DNA of 64,000 bases from Glycera tridactyla (taxonomy: Eukaryota). The notes beneath the pieces are model-generated. The model worked only from the letters and a program-made list of their open reading frames with translations, had not been told where the DNA came from and searched no databases. Positions 36,847 to 49,895 of the stretch are shown here, one piece after another (the stretch's first letter is position 1; each line of letters starts with the position of its first letter). The position numbers and the translations under genes are program-made. Where the stretch lies: NCBI GenBank assembly GCA_965644265.1, contig OZ286472.1:11284001-11348000 (forward strand), in the 5' to 3' direction.

Positions 36847-39800
36847 GATAAGGAGCAGTGACTCACCCTGATTGCTGGTTGCAGCTATGAAGGGTTTTTC
36901 CAACCCCACATCATTCAATGCCAGTTGGAATTTGATGAGTAATTTTCAATATAATTATTAGAATGTAACATCCATAGTTTGGAAGAGCTTAGCAATGCTA
37001 GTTTCTGCAAATCTCATCAAAATTGATAAAATTATTGAAGTCATCCTTGAACAAATGGTAAAAGTTGTTCTGAATTTTTAAATTAGAAGTGCCCAAAACC
37101 CTGATCATGTGTTTCACCGATGACACGCCCAACTCTTGTCTTGGTTGTTCCTGGTCGTGATGGCATCATCTCTGTGATGGACTCATCTTGTAACGTTATC
37201 TTTCATCATGAAAAGTTATCAAACTTGTTTTGTCAATAAACAAACTGTCCACTGGAGGATAGTAACATTCTTCCTTCATGATTTTCAACCAAGAACAACC
37301 TCTGTATATCAACGATCTGTTCACAAAGACCACTATGTTTTACTGAAGACTAACCAAGTGTAACTCAACATCATTATGCCGATTGCTTGCCCAAATCCTT
37401 GTCCAAAACCGAGTCCAAAATGTATTGCAAATTCCCGGATTTTCAACATGGGCATCTGAGCAGCAGTGAAAAAGAAAAATGTGTGAGTTTGGATCACAAG
37501 CTGGTCCATCATGTACATGCAGATAGNNNNNNNNNNNNNNNNNNNNNNNNNNNNNNNNNNNNNNNNNNNNNNNNNNNNNNNNNNNNNNNNNNNNNNNNNN
37601 NNNNNNNNNNNNNNNNNNNNNNNNNNNNNNNNNNNNNNNNNNNNNNNNNNNNNNNNNNNNNNNNNNNNNNNNNNCTGCCGCACATTGAAAAGAATATCCT
37701 TCTACCCCGTCACAATATCATATATAAACTGGGATGAAAATCCCAAGAGTGGATTCCCAGAATGAGGGAGCATACACATATATGTATGTGAGTATATGAG
37801 TATCTTAACAAGAGGATTGAAGGGTCAAGGCAAATGAGGTCCATAAGAGCGCCATCTTTCAGATGCTATTCTTCGATTTGTGTCAGTTAGCCCATCGCAA
37901 CTACATCGGGGATTCAATAATCCAAGCGAGAACACCGCGTGAAAGACAAGTGCATGCCAGCACCCTCTAGTGGCCATACATTTCCCATCATGCACCTGAG
38001 CTCACCAGATTTGATTAGCTAACTTCTTTGTCATGCAGGATGGAAGAAGTAAAGCTCTTGATGAGAGAAGAAAAATGCAGCTTCTTCCTGCATATCTTCA
38101 CGCAGTCTTCATCGCTTTGATCTCTCCTGCTTTAACCCAAAATTATCCAACATGAAAGGTTCGATTATGAAATCAGATATAAATGACAGGATAGATTCAA
38201 CAAAAGCATTAAATTATCCTAGATAGACGCCAGTTTGGAAGTAAAATTTGACTCTGAATATATACGAAAACAGAATGCAAATTCAATAAGAAATGAAACA
38301 ACTTTTTTCCAAAAAAGTGATAGTAGCCAATTTGCATGCAAACTATACATACAGAAATAATTCACTCAGACACTATGTCTGCTCTACTGATTGTAACTTG
38401 ATCATATATGATAAACATCACCTATATTCTTGCTGTAAGTCAGCATATGTCCACTGACTGAAAATTTCAACTGAAAATTCAATTGATGTGGAATCGAAGC
38501 AGATGCTCCTGGTTGCTACGGTTTCTCTATCACCATGGAAACTACCTGGGTTCACTCTGGTACAGACATACTTAACTTCTTGTGAGATCATCCATAAGGG
38601 ATCAGCTTTTTATTCCTTAACCAATGTTCAGAATCTCAGTGGGATCAGTAATCGCATAATTGCGTGTGAAGTGAAATCCCTCATCCATCCCTCTTCCCAA
38701 GCTTCCAGAATAACTCAGATATTTCGAATCTTTCTCATATGTTCTTCATCCTTTATATGATTTTAAAACTCCATCTACACCAAGGTTAATCTGTCTGAAT
38801 ATGAATGTATTCCACACTTTTGGGGCGAATTCTTGATAATATGGATACAGCTGAGCCTGCTTGAAACCACCTGCAAACAATTGCGAAGTTCTCACAAAGG
38901 CAACCATGAGCAGTCACTCTGATAGTTTTTCAACAGTGAACAACTTTTGTTCAGCAGCAACCTGTCTACAAAGACCACTCTTGATACGACTCAGGTTCAG
39001 CTGTAACTGAAAATGGGTATAATGAAATGTGCATGGTGATGAGTACATATCTCCCTCTCCTGATTAAGACAACCAATGAGTGAATATGTGAAGTGGGGTA
39101 CAAGAGATCTAGAAGCCACCCAGGACTTCCGCTTAATTCATGGTGACTTGACAATGTCAAGTTGGCCCAAGCTTCAAGAGGCTGACCTTCCCGACTATAT
39201 GCCCTAATGACACAAACTCATATTTTTCACACAAAAATTCACATGGAAACGTAATTGAGATGAGAAGATACATAATTGATACTTCAGCCTGAGGATAGGT
39301 GATGGTGGATTTTCATATAGGTATTAAAAACACAGGTGGCTTCAATACAACAAGATTTCATAACAAGGAGGACCTTGGTCACGTACGATCTCTATCCAAT
39401 TTGAAGCATTCAGGAGTGAATCCATCAGGATTTTGACCCCACTTAAATGATGATCCCAGTTTTAGAGCTCTCATGATCATTTACACTTGCTGAAATGGCA
39501 GCTGATGACCTTGTAATCAACAAAGGTTTAGAGTGAAGCCGCAAGATTTCATTCAAGCTTCATCCCCTCTATACAACCAAATATTCTCCGAGATTATCCA
39601 ATAGCCTGACATAACTTGATGATGAGTAACTCAAGTAAGAAAATACTTATTTGGGAATACATTGGTTCGTCACACATGTTGTAATGGATGGCAGCAAGAT
39701 CTCCCACCCTGTAAATGTGCCACTCATGACTGTTAAGCAGGCTTGCTATGACTGAATTTCTTCATGTTTGTTTATATCAAGAATACCTGATCTGATTTGA

Positions 39801-41356
39801 AACTTTATCACACGAGAAATGATGACAGTAGTCATATAAAATGCTCATTTGGGCAAACAAGAGAACATCAAACAGAGAACAGGCCTGACAGTATTTCATA
39901 ACTTGATGGTTCATGACTCGATTGAAGCATACTTCCACACGACTTGCAGAAGATACTTTCACAGAAATATAGAGTCGAACCTCCTCTGAAGACCACCTCT
40001 CTATGAAGACCACCTCTCTATAAAGACCACCCTGAGCTGGGACTGTGGTAGTATTGTCAATAGTAAATAACCTCTCTATAAAGACCACCTCCCTTAAAAG
40101 CCACTTTTCAATGAGACCAGAATATGTCCAATATCAGGGCTTCATCTCGTCACTGCAGGAATGAAAGTCATCTTGCGGCAAAAAAACACACTGCAGAGAT
40201 AAGAGTCACCCTGCGGGGGGGAACCCCCCCCCCCCCCCCCCCGACAAATTCATTATGATGGACTTGAGAATGGGCAGACACAGCTGCATCATGCTTGAGA
40301 TAACAATGGCTGACTGTCCACCATGATTTTTAGAGAAAAAAAAAACCCAGACAGAAGACTTTGTCATCATTGTGTGCAAGAAATGTTGTGATGATGAATA
40401 GCACTTCTTGGCAGTATCACTTTCTAGTGCCTTAACCAATGCTGTGAAAAATGCCATCATCTCATCATAATGCACTCATCCAAGGCATCTCAGATGAAAG
40501 CAACACACTCTTCCTTTTTTTCAAATATATGTAGACCTTATTTTAGCAAGAACTCATCAAAGGTGAAACAGTTCACTGAATTAGTCGCAGTGGGAAGAGA
40601 ATGTAGCCTTGATTTCCACAATTCCATTATCAAATACGACAGAGTGAACAAATCCAACCACTCTCAAATCAGTTTTAGCTATATCAATGCTGTCAGGCCA
40701 CACTCTCCAAAACCATGAGACATTCCAATACTGTGGGTTATTGAACACAATATCCAACAGGTCTATATTTCCCTGATTCAGCAGTATCTGTGGTATAATA
40801 GAGTGGGTACCATTGAATGTTAGCATCATATGCAGCACTGGAAGGATTACAGAAATATTGAGAATTCACATGTGTACTCTTACATGTACAGGTCTGGCTA
40901 CCTGCAATGAGTCCCCATGACAAGAGACCACCTATTTTGGAAGAGTGCTTTTTGGACATCCGTTTTCTATTCGACATTATGGTCGGTTATCTGGTGAGAA
41001 ACACTCAGGATATACTGAGATGCCTATAAACAATAAAGAAATGGATTCATTCAAAGATTTGGAGTTTCATATTGACTATGGGGTACTAAAATATCCCATA
41101 CTGGAGGGCCATGATTCTTACCCCATCAATCATGGGATGAACAATTGAATTTTGTGTTTGAATGATATTTGATGCTTGAATAAGAGCATATCAGTTTCAT
41201 GAGCTGGGGTATAGAGTGGGCTCAGAGCGTGCTGCGTTATTCGTTACCACGGTTATTGGTTAGGCTCAATCATTCAATGAATGCACGGTCATGATCATGT
41301 CATTTGTGTGCTGTTCATAGTAGTGGCCTCATCTACACTGGTGCTGAGTGGGGGTG

Positions 41357-41372
<16 letters not shown>
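36847..41372. repeat. Tandem duplication copy 2 (lacks LINE-A; empty site at 39359-39363)
   Basis: About 20 substitutions versus copy 1 by eye over ~4.3 kb, plus a poly-C length difference. Confidence 0.95.
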
Positions 41373-41407
<35 letters not shown>

Positions 41408-41829
41408 TGTGTGAGTGTGTGTGCGCGTGTGTGCGCACGTGTGTTCCTATGTATTCTGATTTGTGTGCACAAATGGACATGTGTGTGTTCTAGAAAAGGG
41501 GCGGGCTTGGTTCAACTGTCTCTGTCCATCCATCTCTTGGGTTCCTCAGTCCATCTGTCCATTTGTCTATGTTTATCTCTCTGTGTCTGTGTTTTCTATC
41601 AGCATCTGAGTATGTCTGTCTCTGTTAGTCTGTCAGTCTGTCTGTCTGTCCATCAGTTTTCCTGTCAGCCTGTCAGCCTGCCTGCCTGTCAATCAATCTG
41701 TCTATCAATTTCCCTTTTAACTGTCTGTCTGTCAGCCTACCAGTATGTTTCTGTCTGTCTGGCTGCAAGTCTCGTTGTCCATCTCGTTCTCTGTTTTGCT
41801 CTTTCTCTCCCTTTCTCTCTTACTTTCTG

Positions 41830-41861
<32 letters not shown>

Positions 41862-41865
41862 TCTC
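41356..41865. repeat. (TG)n followed by degenerate (CTGT)n/(CT)n low-complexity tract
   Basis: Direct inspection. Confidence 0.9.
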
Positions 41866-42835
41866 TCGACTGAGGAGCAATTTTCAGATAAGGGATGAGT
41901 GAAGCAGATGTTTGGAGGGAGATTTGAATGATTTGCTTTCAGCACTTACACTGTACATGCCATGTAAGTCTGACCTCATTTCAAAACGATCACAAACTAG
42001 TCAGAAGGCAACAAATGTGCTCTACTTCCTTTGGAAGTGTGATAGATGTATTTCCTAATGAAATTTTCGTATCATATATAAATATGGGCTGAAGTGGATA
42101 GCCTGGCTTCATGTCCTGTGCCTATGAGAGAAGCCACAATACTATAGCTGCATGATGAGAGAGTATAAGCATGGAGATATGGACCAATGAGAAGACACGA
42201 GAGCATTCAACTGTGTCTAAACACGGAGAGCAAGATACATACTTCCAGTTTGTTGGGTCTAGTTTTGTTTGGTGCTGCCTGGTCTGGTCTGGAGGCNNNN
42301 NNNNNNNNNNNNNNNNNNNNNNNNNNNNNNNNNNNNNNNNNNNNNNNNNNNNNNNNNNNNNNNNNNNNNNNNNNNNNNNNNNNNNNNNNNNNNNNNNNNN
42401 NNNNNNNNNNNNNNNNNNNNNNNNNNNNNNNNNNNNNNNNNNNNNNNNNNNNNNNNCGATCGCCCGCCCGCCCGCCTGCCCGGGAGTGCCTATTCATGCT
42501 GATCACTCCCAACCATATGGTTTGTCAATCTAAAATAATAAGGCAGAAGGCATAGTTCCTCACTACCTCATAAGCAATATAGAGAAACCAAGACCTTTAT
42601 TCTCATAAGATATTCTTGTCTTTTTCAATCATTCCAGGCAGTGAATCCCAGAAGATTCTAGATAATGTCTGCACAGTTCGATCGTATCAAGTAAATTTCC
42701 CACCTGAACATAGTCCAAACAGATTCAACTTTACAAATCCAACTTTTAACACAATGAAAGCAAAATGCCAAAGATGACATTTGAGGAATAAACATTTCTG
42801 GATACTGTCACAAGGTGAATTCTACAATAAAAAAC

Positions 42836-42945
42836 CACTGTAAACATGATCAAAAAGCAGTCTTTCAAAAAAGAAGGTATTTTTGACTATGTTATAAGAT
42901 CGTCACCAAAAACGTGGTCTTGTATCAAAGATGACCTCTCATAGG
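42836..42945. mobile_element. MITE family B-like remnant
   Basis: GGTATTTTTGACTATG and CACCAAAAACGTGGTCTTG motifs; no clean TIRs. Confidence 0.4.
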
Positions 42946-43203
42946 GAATCATTTGTCTGAAGTTTTATCATATATCCCAAAATACGGAACGAAGATGGAA
43001 GCCTCTAGCCCTCGCTGATGTCCTCCTTTGATCACCCTCAGTGGTGATGTGGGCAAATACTGGCGCTGCACTAAAAATACCCACGCTCAGCAGAACCAAC
43101 AAAAGAAATATCTTCTAATTCTTTTATGACTGACATGGGATTCAGATCAGACAACATACAGCAGCCCCCACCCCTTTCTAAACCCACACTGCACTGGTAC
43201 AGA

Positions 43204-43322
43204 TGCACACAGACACACAGGCACAGACACAGACACAGACACAGACACAGACACAGACACAGACACACACACACACATAAACATACACACACATAGTGCA
43301 GTGGCCTCAGCTGGCACTAATA

Positions 43323-43403
<81 letters not shown>
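43204..43403. repeat. (CACAGA)n and (CA)n microsatellites
   Basis: Direct inspection. Confidence 0.95.
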
Positions 43404-43404
<1 letters not shown>

Positions 43405-43563
43405 TTGGATAGATACTCAAACTTACCCACACTCTCACACACAGTTAACTACCAATTGATACACTCACCCACCCACACACTCATCCCAACCAAACACATA
43501 TTTGACTAACAATTAGCGCCCCCCTAGCCCCCCCCCCCCCCCCCCCCCCACACACACAATATA

Positions 43564-43739
43564 GGGCAAAACCTGCGATGAGATACACCCTGACAAGAGA
43601 CCACCTCCGAAGGGGAACTGCTTTTGCAGGGCAGCTTTTCTATTTGACATAGTCAAATATACCTCCAACAAGAGACCACCTCTCTTGAGAGGCCATTTTT
43701 GGTGGCATTTAGGGTGGTCTCTCTTTGCAGGTTCCAATA
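43564..43739. mobile_element. MITE family B, diverged
   Basis: AAAACCTGCGATGAGA ... TTGCAGGTTCC, with GAGACCACCT motifs and the internal hairpin. Confidence 0.8.
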
Positions 43740-43899
43740 TACAATCATGATTCGATAGCAGATGTTGGAGAAGCAGCACCTCTTAGACAATAAATCTATC
43801 AGAAATACAACTGATCAACTAGTCAGACTGCTAATGCAAATGGGTGTGATGGCTTCCTGTTAGAAAAAAGTTTCATGGTACTCACAGTGGTTTTAAGGA

Positions 43900-44255
43900 A
43901 AGTTGTAGCTTTCAGAATCCATCCGGATTCTCACCTCAGCCAGTGTCTACTGAGTTGTGTAGGTGTTGGTGTTACATGCCCAATGGATTGTAGCAAGATC
44001 AAATGACTTGAGAAGCTTCCAGTATATAGGTGAAAGGGTGTGCCGGCCCTGATCCTTGTTGAGTGCAGGGGCCGTTCTGGAGATGCGCACTGCTTCAGCC
44101 GCCCCTCTTTTGAACCAATCGGGTTCCTGATGGAGGATGGTGACATTGAAATCCGAGAAATGGTGTCCAAATTGGGCCATATAAGTGCCCACTGGTGAGG
44201 CAGTGTGATGGTGTTCAGTCCCTCTTTTCTTCAACGCCCTATCAGTAATGGGTGT
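43900..44255 (-). mobile_element. Penelope-like element 3' fragment (GIY-YIG endonuclease C-terminal half + 3' repeat)
   Basis: TDRALKKR...SPVGTYMAQFGHHFSDFNVTILHQEPDWFKRGAAEAVRISRTAPALNKDQGRHTLSPIYWKLL matches the typical PLE GIY-YIG tail (NV.IL..E..WF.RG..EA..I....P.LN.D.GR..L.P.Y). Confidence 0.85.
43902..43943 (-). ncRNA. Decayed minimal type-I hammerhead ribozyme of the Penelope element
   Basis: Sense strand reads CTGAGGT-G-AGAATCC-GGAT-GGATTCT-GAAAGCTA-CAAC: a perfect 7-bp stem II, GAAA, and palindromic AGCT stem III. The core deviates at A9 (T) and stem I pairs poorly. Confidence 0.65.
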
Positions 44256-47200
44256 GAAGGCTTATGTAGCAAATATTATCATTAGGCCTTTCTTATTTTG
44301 CGAGAGAAAGTTTTTCAACAATCACAATTGTAATCCTTGATTCAGCTGCCTCCACAATGTCCATGCCTATTTTCTGGGACTGCAGACAAAGACACAATGA
44401 CAATATCCCGCTAGTTAGTAAATGGCTCGGAGAAAAAAGGAAACTGCAACAGGAAATAGACGAATAGGGGCAGATTTCTCTGCAGCAGCATAGCATGCAG
44501 ATCAGCTGCTGTGAAGAATTTCTCATATGTAATACAATGAAACTGAGAGTTTGGACGATGTTGGATTAGTGAAGGTGGACCAAGCCGGAGATGGACTAAT
44601 GGGTGGGGGGACGTGATTGTGGCTGTCAGGCATGCCAAGCTATCATCTGAACGAGAGAACTAATGGAACAAAGGGAATGACCTGTATGGACGCTCCTATA
44701 CAATGAGCTAAGTGCTAACTCAGCAACACCACTGCTGGTCCAACGAGAAACGCCCATCTGGCCGGCCTCCTCATGTGATCATTCAAATGTCACCACTCCT
44801 CCACTCTTACTATATAACCCTCTAAACATGTTGAATATACATACACTCAAACTATTTACCACATATGTGAACATACCTAGCCCTTCCTAATTCCATTTCT
44901 CTCAAACATGTCCCTTCCCTTACCCTTATCTAAAGTTAAACCTACTCATAACAATCCCCTGTAAGGAAGCATCTGCTTATCTGCAAGATTACTTGCAGCA
45001 AAGCCAATGACTAAGCCAATGCTCCAGACTAACAGTTCTTTAATAAGATACAGTTAGAAAAACACCAGGCATCTTCAATGAGATATGCTCTGCATATAAT
45101 CAATGCTCTCTGAATGCCAGCAGTCTACCGATTATTCAAAATGGAAAAAGGTATGAATGTGAGAACTAAGGATCAGAGTTATGAAAGAGTGTGAGTGAGA
45201 TTAAAAAAGAAAAAAGAGTATGTTCAAACAGTATTCATGTAGGTGTTTATAATCTCAAACGTTTCATTTGTTTTTTCTTTATAACATATTGTACTCAATG
45301 ACTTATCATACATGTGCTGAGCACATGCTCAAAATGAATGCACTCCCTGAGCTTGAAGATATAAAGAAAAGTCACTCAAGTGAACACAGGTCATGAGTTT
45401 TACCTTCATATCAAGTATGAATATGAACTTATTAAGTTACCCTCATATTACCAGTATACTCAGCTCACCACGAATCATGGTGATGCCATTACAAAGATCA
45501 AACTTGGCATTGTCAAGAACCAACAATTACAGCACTAATAAATCCTTCTAAACAGAAAAGAATTGGCAAATTTGAGGAATTATGTGACAGAGTTCAAGGA
45601 GTTAAGTATGATTTAGGGTAGGAAACAGGAATTTTGGCCATGTTAAGCCGAGTGGAGGGCGTTAGCGGTAGCCCCGACGCATATATTCACATATTCCACA
45701 CATCATACTGCCAGCAGCTTGCTGCCGTATTTGCTCCTTAGAGCCATCCGCGACGTCGAGCTTTCTTTATGATAGGGAGACAACGAATGAACGGATGTGC
45801 ACCAATCTCAAAGCTGGCTGGGGTTCACCGGTCAGAATACTCACTGGTGTCCGATGAACTACCCGGTATAATAGTCTGTGCATTTTCTCCTGGCCATAAA
45901 TGGAGCGATAAACTCATGCCTCATGTGGCAATAACTCATGAGATCAGCCTTAGTCAACAGAAAACATCCTTCTCTCGGTTCAACACATTTAGACAGAGTC
46001 ACCATAAAAGCCCTCCCAAAAGAAATGCCAATACCCACCCGCATCACGGGACTGTCATTACCTATCTGATTTGACACGCTTTGGAACATACATCTCAGAG
46101 CATTAATTGAGTCAAAAGTCAGTATTCTGTCCATGTGTATCAACTCAAAAGATCATGTAGTCTATGCGCACCTGATCTATGCCAGCAGAATTCGGCAGAA
46201 ATTCTGGGTAACATGTGAGCACATTTTCCAAGCTTGTCGAAGGACATAATTGGATCTCACAATTACACTTGGTATCTGAGTGCAATTGTTGAGTCTTTTG
46301 CTATTCAGTTGTGTCATATTTAAGGATTATTTAATTGAATAAGTAGATCATCTGCCTATGTCATGTCTGTAGTAGTTTTGCGAAGTAGGTCGATTCTATT
46401 GATGCTGAATGTCATCGACCCATTTTGACTACCGACTCAACCTCGTGGACCGTCACATGCCACTAAGGATAGGCAAGACAGGCCATCCAAATCCCTTGAT
46501 GAGGAACAGATCGGTGAATTCTGGGTTGTACACACACACATAATATGAAGACGAACATCTATAGGGTTGCAGTAGGCTTGACTAAAACTCACCATTCAAC
46601 TTAGGAAGTTTCATTACAAAGATGACAAACAGTTGATTACATAGTGGACAGACGAAATAGAGAACAAAAATTCAAACAAAAAGACAATTTTCTCACTTCA
46701 GATGGTGTGAACGTCGTGTAATCATATCATGTCTTGTGATGTAAATATATTACTTTCCGCATGGTGAACTGGATTGAGGAAGCTTTCGAGCAGTTACAAA
46801 ATCATATTAGTGACGATTCTTTCCCAATAAGAGTAGCTTTTCTCTCCAGTGTTGACAAAAATGTGGAAGTAGAAGGGCAGTAATATGTTTTTATTGGGGC
46901 CATATTTCTGGATTCTGTGACCATCATAGTGATCATCTCAGAGATATGTTGGTGGCAGCGGTTACATCAGTAAATGCCTTCCTGTTTTTTCAACCCATAT
47001 CAACTGCAAGCAAATTTTTGGCAAACTGACTTGAAACTGGCCGACCCCCTCCCACGCTCTTTACCATGTTTGATTGCAGTGGTTAGATCTGTGAAAGCCA
47101 TCTCACTTCTTGAATCCATATCATTGGTCAACACATTTTTATGACCTGGGGTCAACCCCCCCCCCCCATCATCCTCTGCACCATAACTCTTCACCTAGTA

Positions 47201-49079
47201 ACCCTCTCACCTAGGCCCCTCGTTTGCTCACCTCTCAAATTATCTACTTCTCAATTTTCAAATATTCATAGCTGATTAAAATATTGCATTAGTGTGAGCA
47301 ATCGACAAGTGAAACATCACCTGAGTGAAATTCTTTCAAGGAATTCGCTCATCAACAAGACGTGTGGTCCGAGCAGAGAGAAGGGTCAGCATGCAATCCC
47401 ACTCCGGTATATCTGTGACCGGACTCCCCTCAATCACAGGATCACATGAGGAGGCAACACAATTGCCATAGAAGCCAGCAGCTAAGGAAAGAATCCGGTT
47501 GGATCCTTGAAGCTTTGCTCTTAAATAGCAATGGTAAGTATCGTAAAGTGTGACCTTCACAGGCCATGTAATCTCATCAGTGGTAAATTTGAACATATTG
47601 AATATAAGATAAGACTGATGCAGGCGATGAATCTTCATTCATGATCCAGGATTTTTCAAAATGCTCAGTCATATTTGGTCCGTACTCAAGCCTGATGGAC
47701 TTCATTTATTGGCAGTAGTCACTAGCAATTAGGATGAGCTCTTTCTTAGCGTCTGGAGGTAAAGTATAAATGGTCATGTCAGAATGTTGAGCTTTGTAAC
47801 AACTACCAAAATTAGATCAATCGAGGAGTAAGGCTGATCCCAGAGCGGATAGGATTCCCTGTTTAATCCATCACTTGTGGAACTAATGATACTTTCTTGC
47901 ATCACATCTGTAACAATTGCAGCCATTTTCAATCGTTCCTTGCATCATCTGAGAAGCATGCACTGACTGAATGGATGATATCAATCATGCTAGTGATAAT
48001 TTTGACATGAATCCATATTTAAGAATTTCTTATCAAAATGCGACAGAAATGATACAAGATAAAGGAAGGAAAATACATGCTGGATGTTCAAGCTGAATAA
48101 TCACCACATCTGTAAATCACAAAAGCATTCATCCAAAGAAGGAAATCCAGTGGATCTGAGGCTGATCTATAAAGCCATACTGGTGGTGAACCTGAACGAT
48201 ACTTCAGCTGTGTTGGTCAATCTACCTAAACAATCATATCACTGAATATGCACATCCTCCCAAATTTCCTACATTTCTTCCAATTTTTTCATCAGCAATT
48301 TGACACAAAATAAAGAATGAGTAGTGGTAATGGTTGACATTCGCTCTTCCCTGAGATACTGAAAGTTCTTGAACAGGTTTGCATTTCAAAACATCCCTGA
48401 AACACAAGGTATCCACTGATGATGAAAAGTGCAGCCCTTGTAATTTATGCCTGCTATGAAGGCCATAATTTCCTCATCAGAGTTGGATCATATTTCAGTT
48501 GAGAGGTGCCACTTATGCAATGAAGTCTTAGGCCCTTCATCACTATTTTGATCTACATTCACTGAAATTTGTATGGGAAAATGAAAGAGTGGCAGGGGCG
48601 GCTCAAAGCGGGTCTCTGCTCCGTGCCGTAAAGAAGCATCAAGCCGTCTCATTTATGGCTTTCCAATATACACCGAGTCGATTAGGCCATTTAGGCGGCA
48701 AGGCAGATTGTATCCACAATAGCCTAATCACATGGCCCTGTCTCACATCTGAAAAAGCATTGCAAATGTGAGATAAAACTCCTTAAGTAAAGCTGGACCA
48801 GTTCAGTACTGCTTGTCCACAAACTTGATGTTGATGCTGAGTGTGGTGACAGAAACATGCAAACAGTGTGGACGGAAATCTACTATTGCTGCCATGTGGT
48901 CCACCCTAATATCCACACATCATAATAAGAATACCGTATATATCTCCCATCTATTGTTATCCACAAAGTATCCATGCATGAAGCACTATGGATGATGGAG
49001 CAAGTTTGTGGAGATCGAATCCATTCACCTGCAATGTATTTTTTTTTCTCAAAACACTTACTTTCATCCCTTTGCAACT

Positions 49080-49165
49080 ATACTGCCACCAGAGTAACCA
49101 AAAGCAATGGTTGCTTAAGAAAGGTTCTTGCTCAGTAGAGTACATGCTTAGGACAGGTTTGACTG
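49080..49165. mobile_element. MITE family C fragment
   Basis: TGGTTGCTTAAG, TGCTTAGGACAGGTTTGACTG-TA. Confidence 0.55.
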
Positions 49166-49237
49166 TACTTACAAGGACTAATGGTATAGTATTCTCAGAA
49201 TAATGCCTGCTTATCACAGGTTTGTTCATCACAGGTG

Positions 49238-49895
49238 CAATAATATATAGGCATTAGAACGTGTAACTTGTAGTGAATCAACACGGCATAGACTATAGAA
49301 TATGAGATGAAATGAGATGATCCGGGTGGGCAAGAGCATCCTCTTCAATCTAATGTCAGGAAGAAGTAATTTCTTTGATAGGAATCAGTGGGTTATAGCC
49401 ATTTTTATCATGATGTGTATTTTGCTTGTTTCAGAGATGTAATTCATATGGGGAGGATATCGGTTGCCCAGCCGGATATCTGCTATTCAATATGTGATCT
49501 GCTAAGGTTCTGATTAGAGTAATGCAATTTATGTCCTGTAGGATACGAGTACGATCATGTTAAGTAATCGAATTTGTAATAAAATAAAATACAATAAAAT
49601 ACATGCACCCGGGGTGTTATTTTCCTTGCTATGTTGTCTACCGCATCTGAGGGTAGAAGTTGCTGTTCACAGCTTAGATAGCATTCTATCGTATATGCTC
49701 TAGTGACCATAGAGGTTGAATGAGGATTATCCACCAGCTATAATCATGTCCTCTCTCTGATCCATTCAATGACATGTCCCTTGAAGGTGGATTTAGTCAA
49801 GTATAGCTTCTGCCTGATTTCAGGGGGAATTTTGATCCAGGCTTTTGGGCCTCGGAAGGCAAATGCCTTTTGACCAAGATTTGTCCTTGTTCTTG
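49238..49895 (-). mobile_element. Truncated copy of a LINE-B sister subfamily (last ~49 codons + most of 3'UTR)
   Basis: RTRTNLGQKAFAFRGPKAWIKIPPEIRQKLYLTKSTFKGHVIEWIRERT* differs at 6 residues from the LINE-B C-terminus, with about 90% nucleotide identity in coding sequence by hand alignment. The 3'UTR is alignable but more diverged, and the terminal ~90 nt are missing. Confidence 0.9.
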
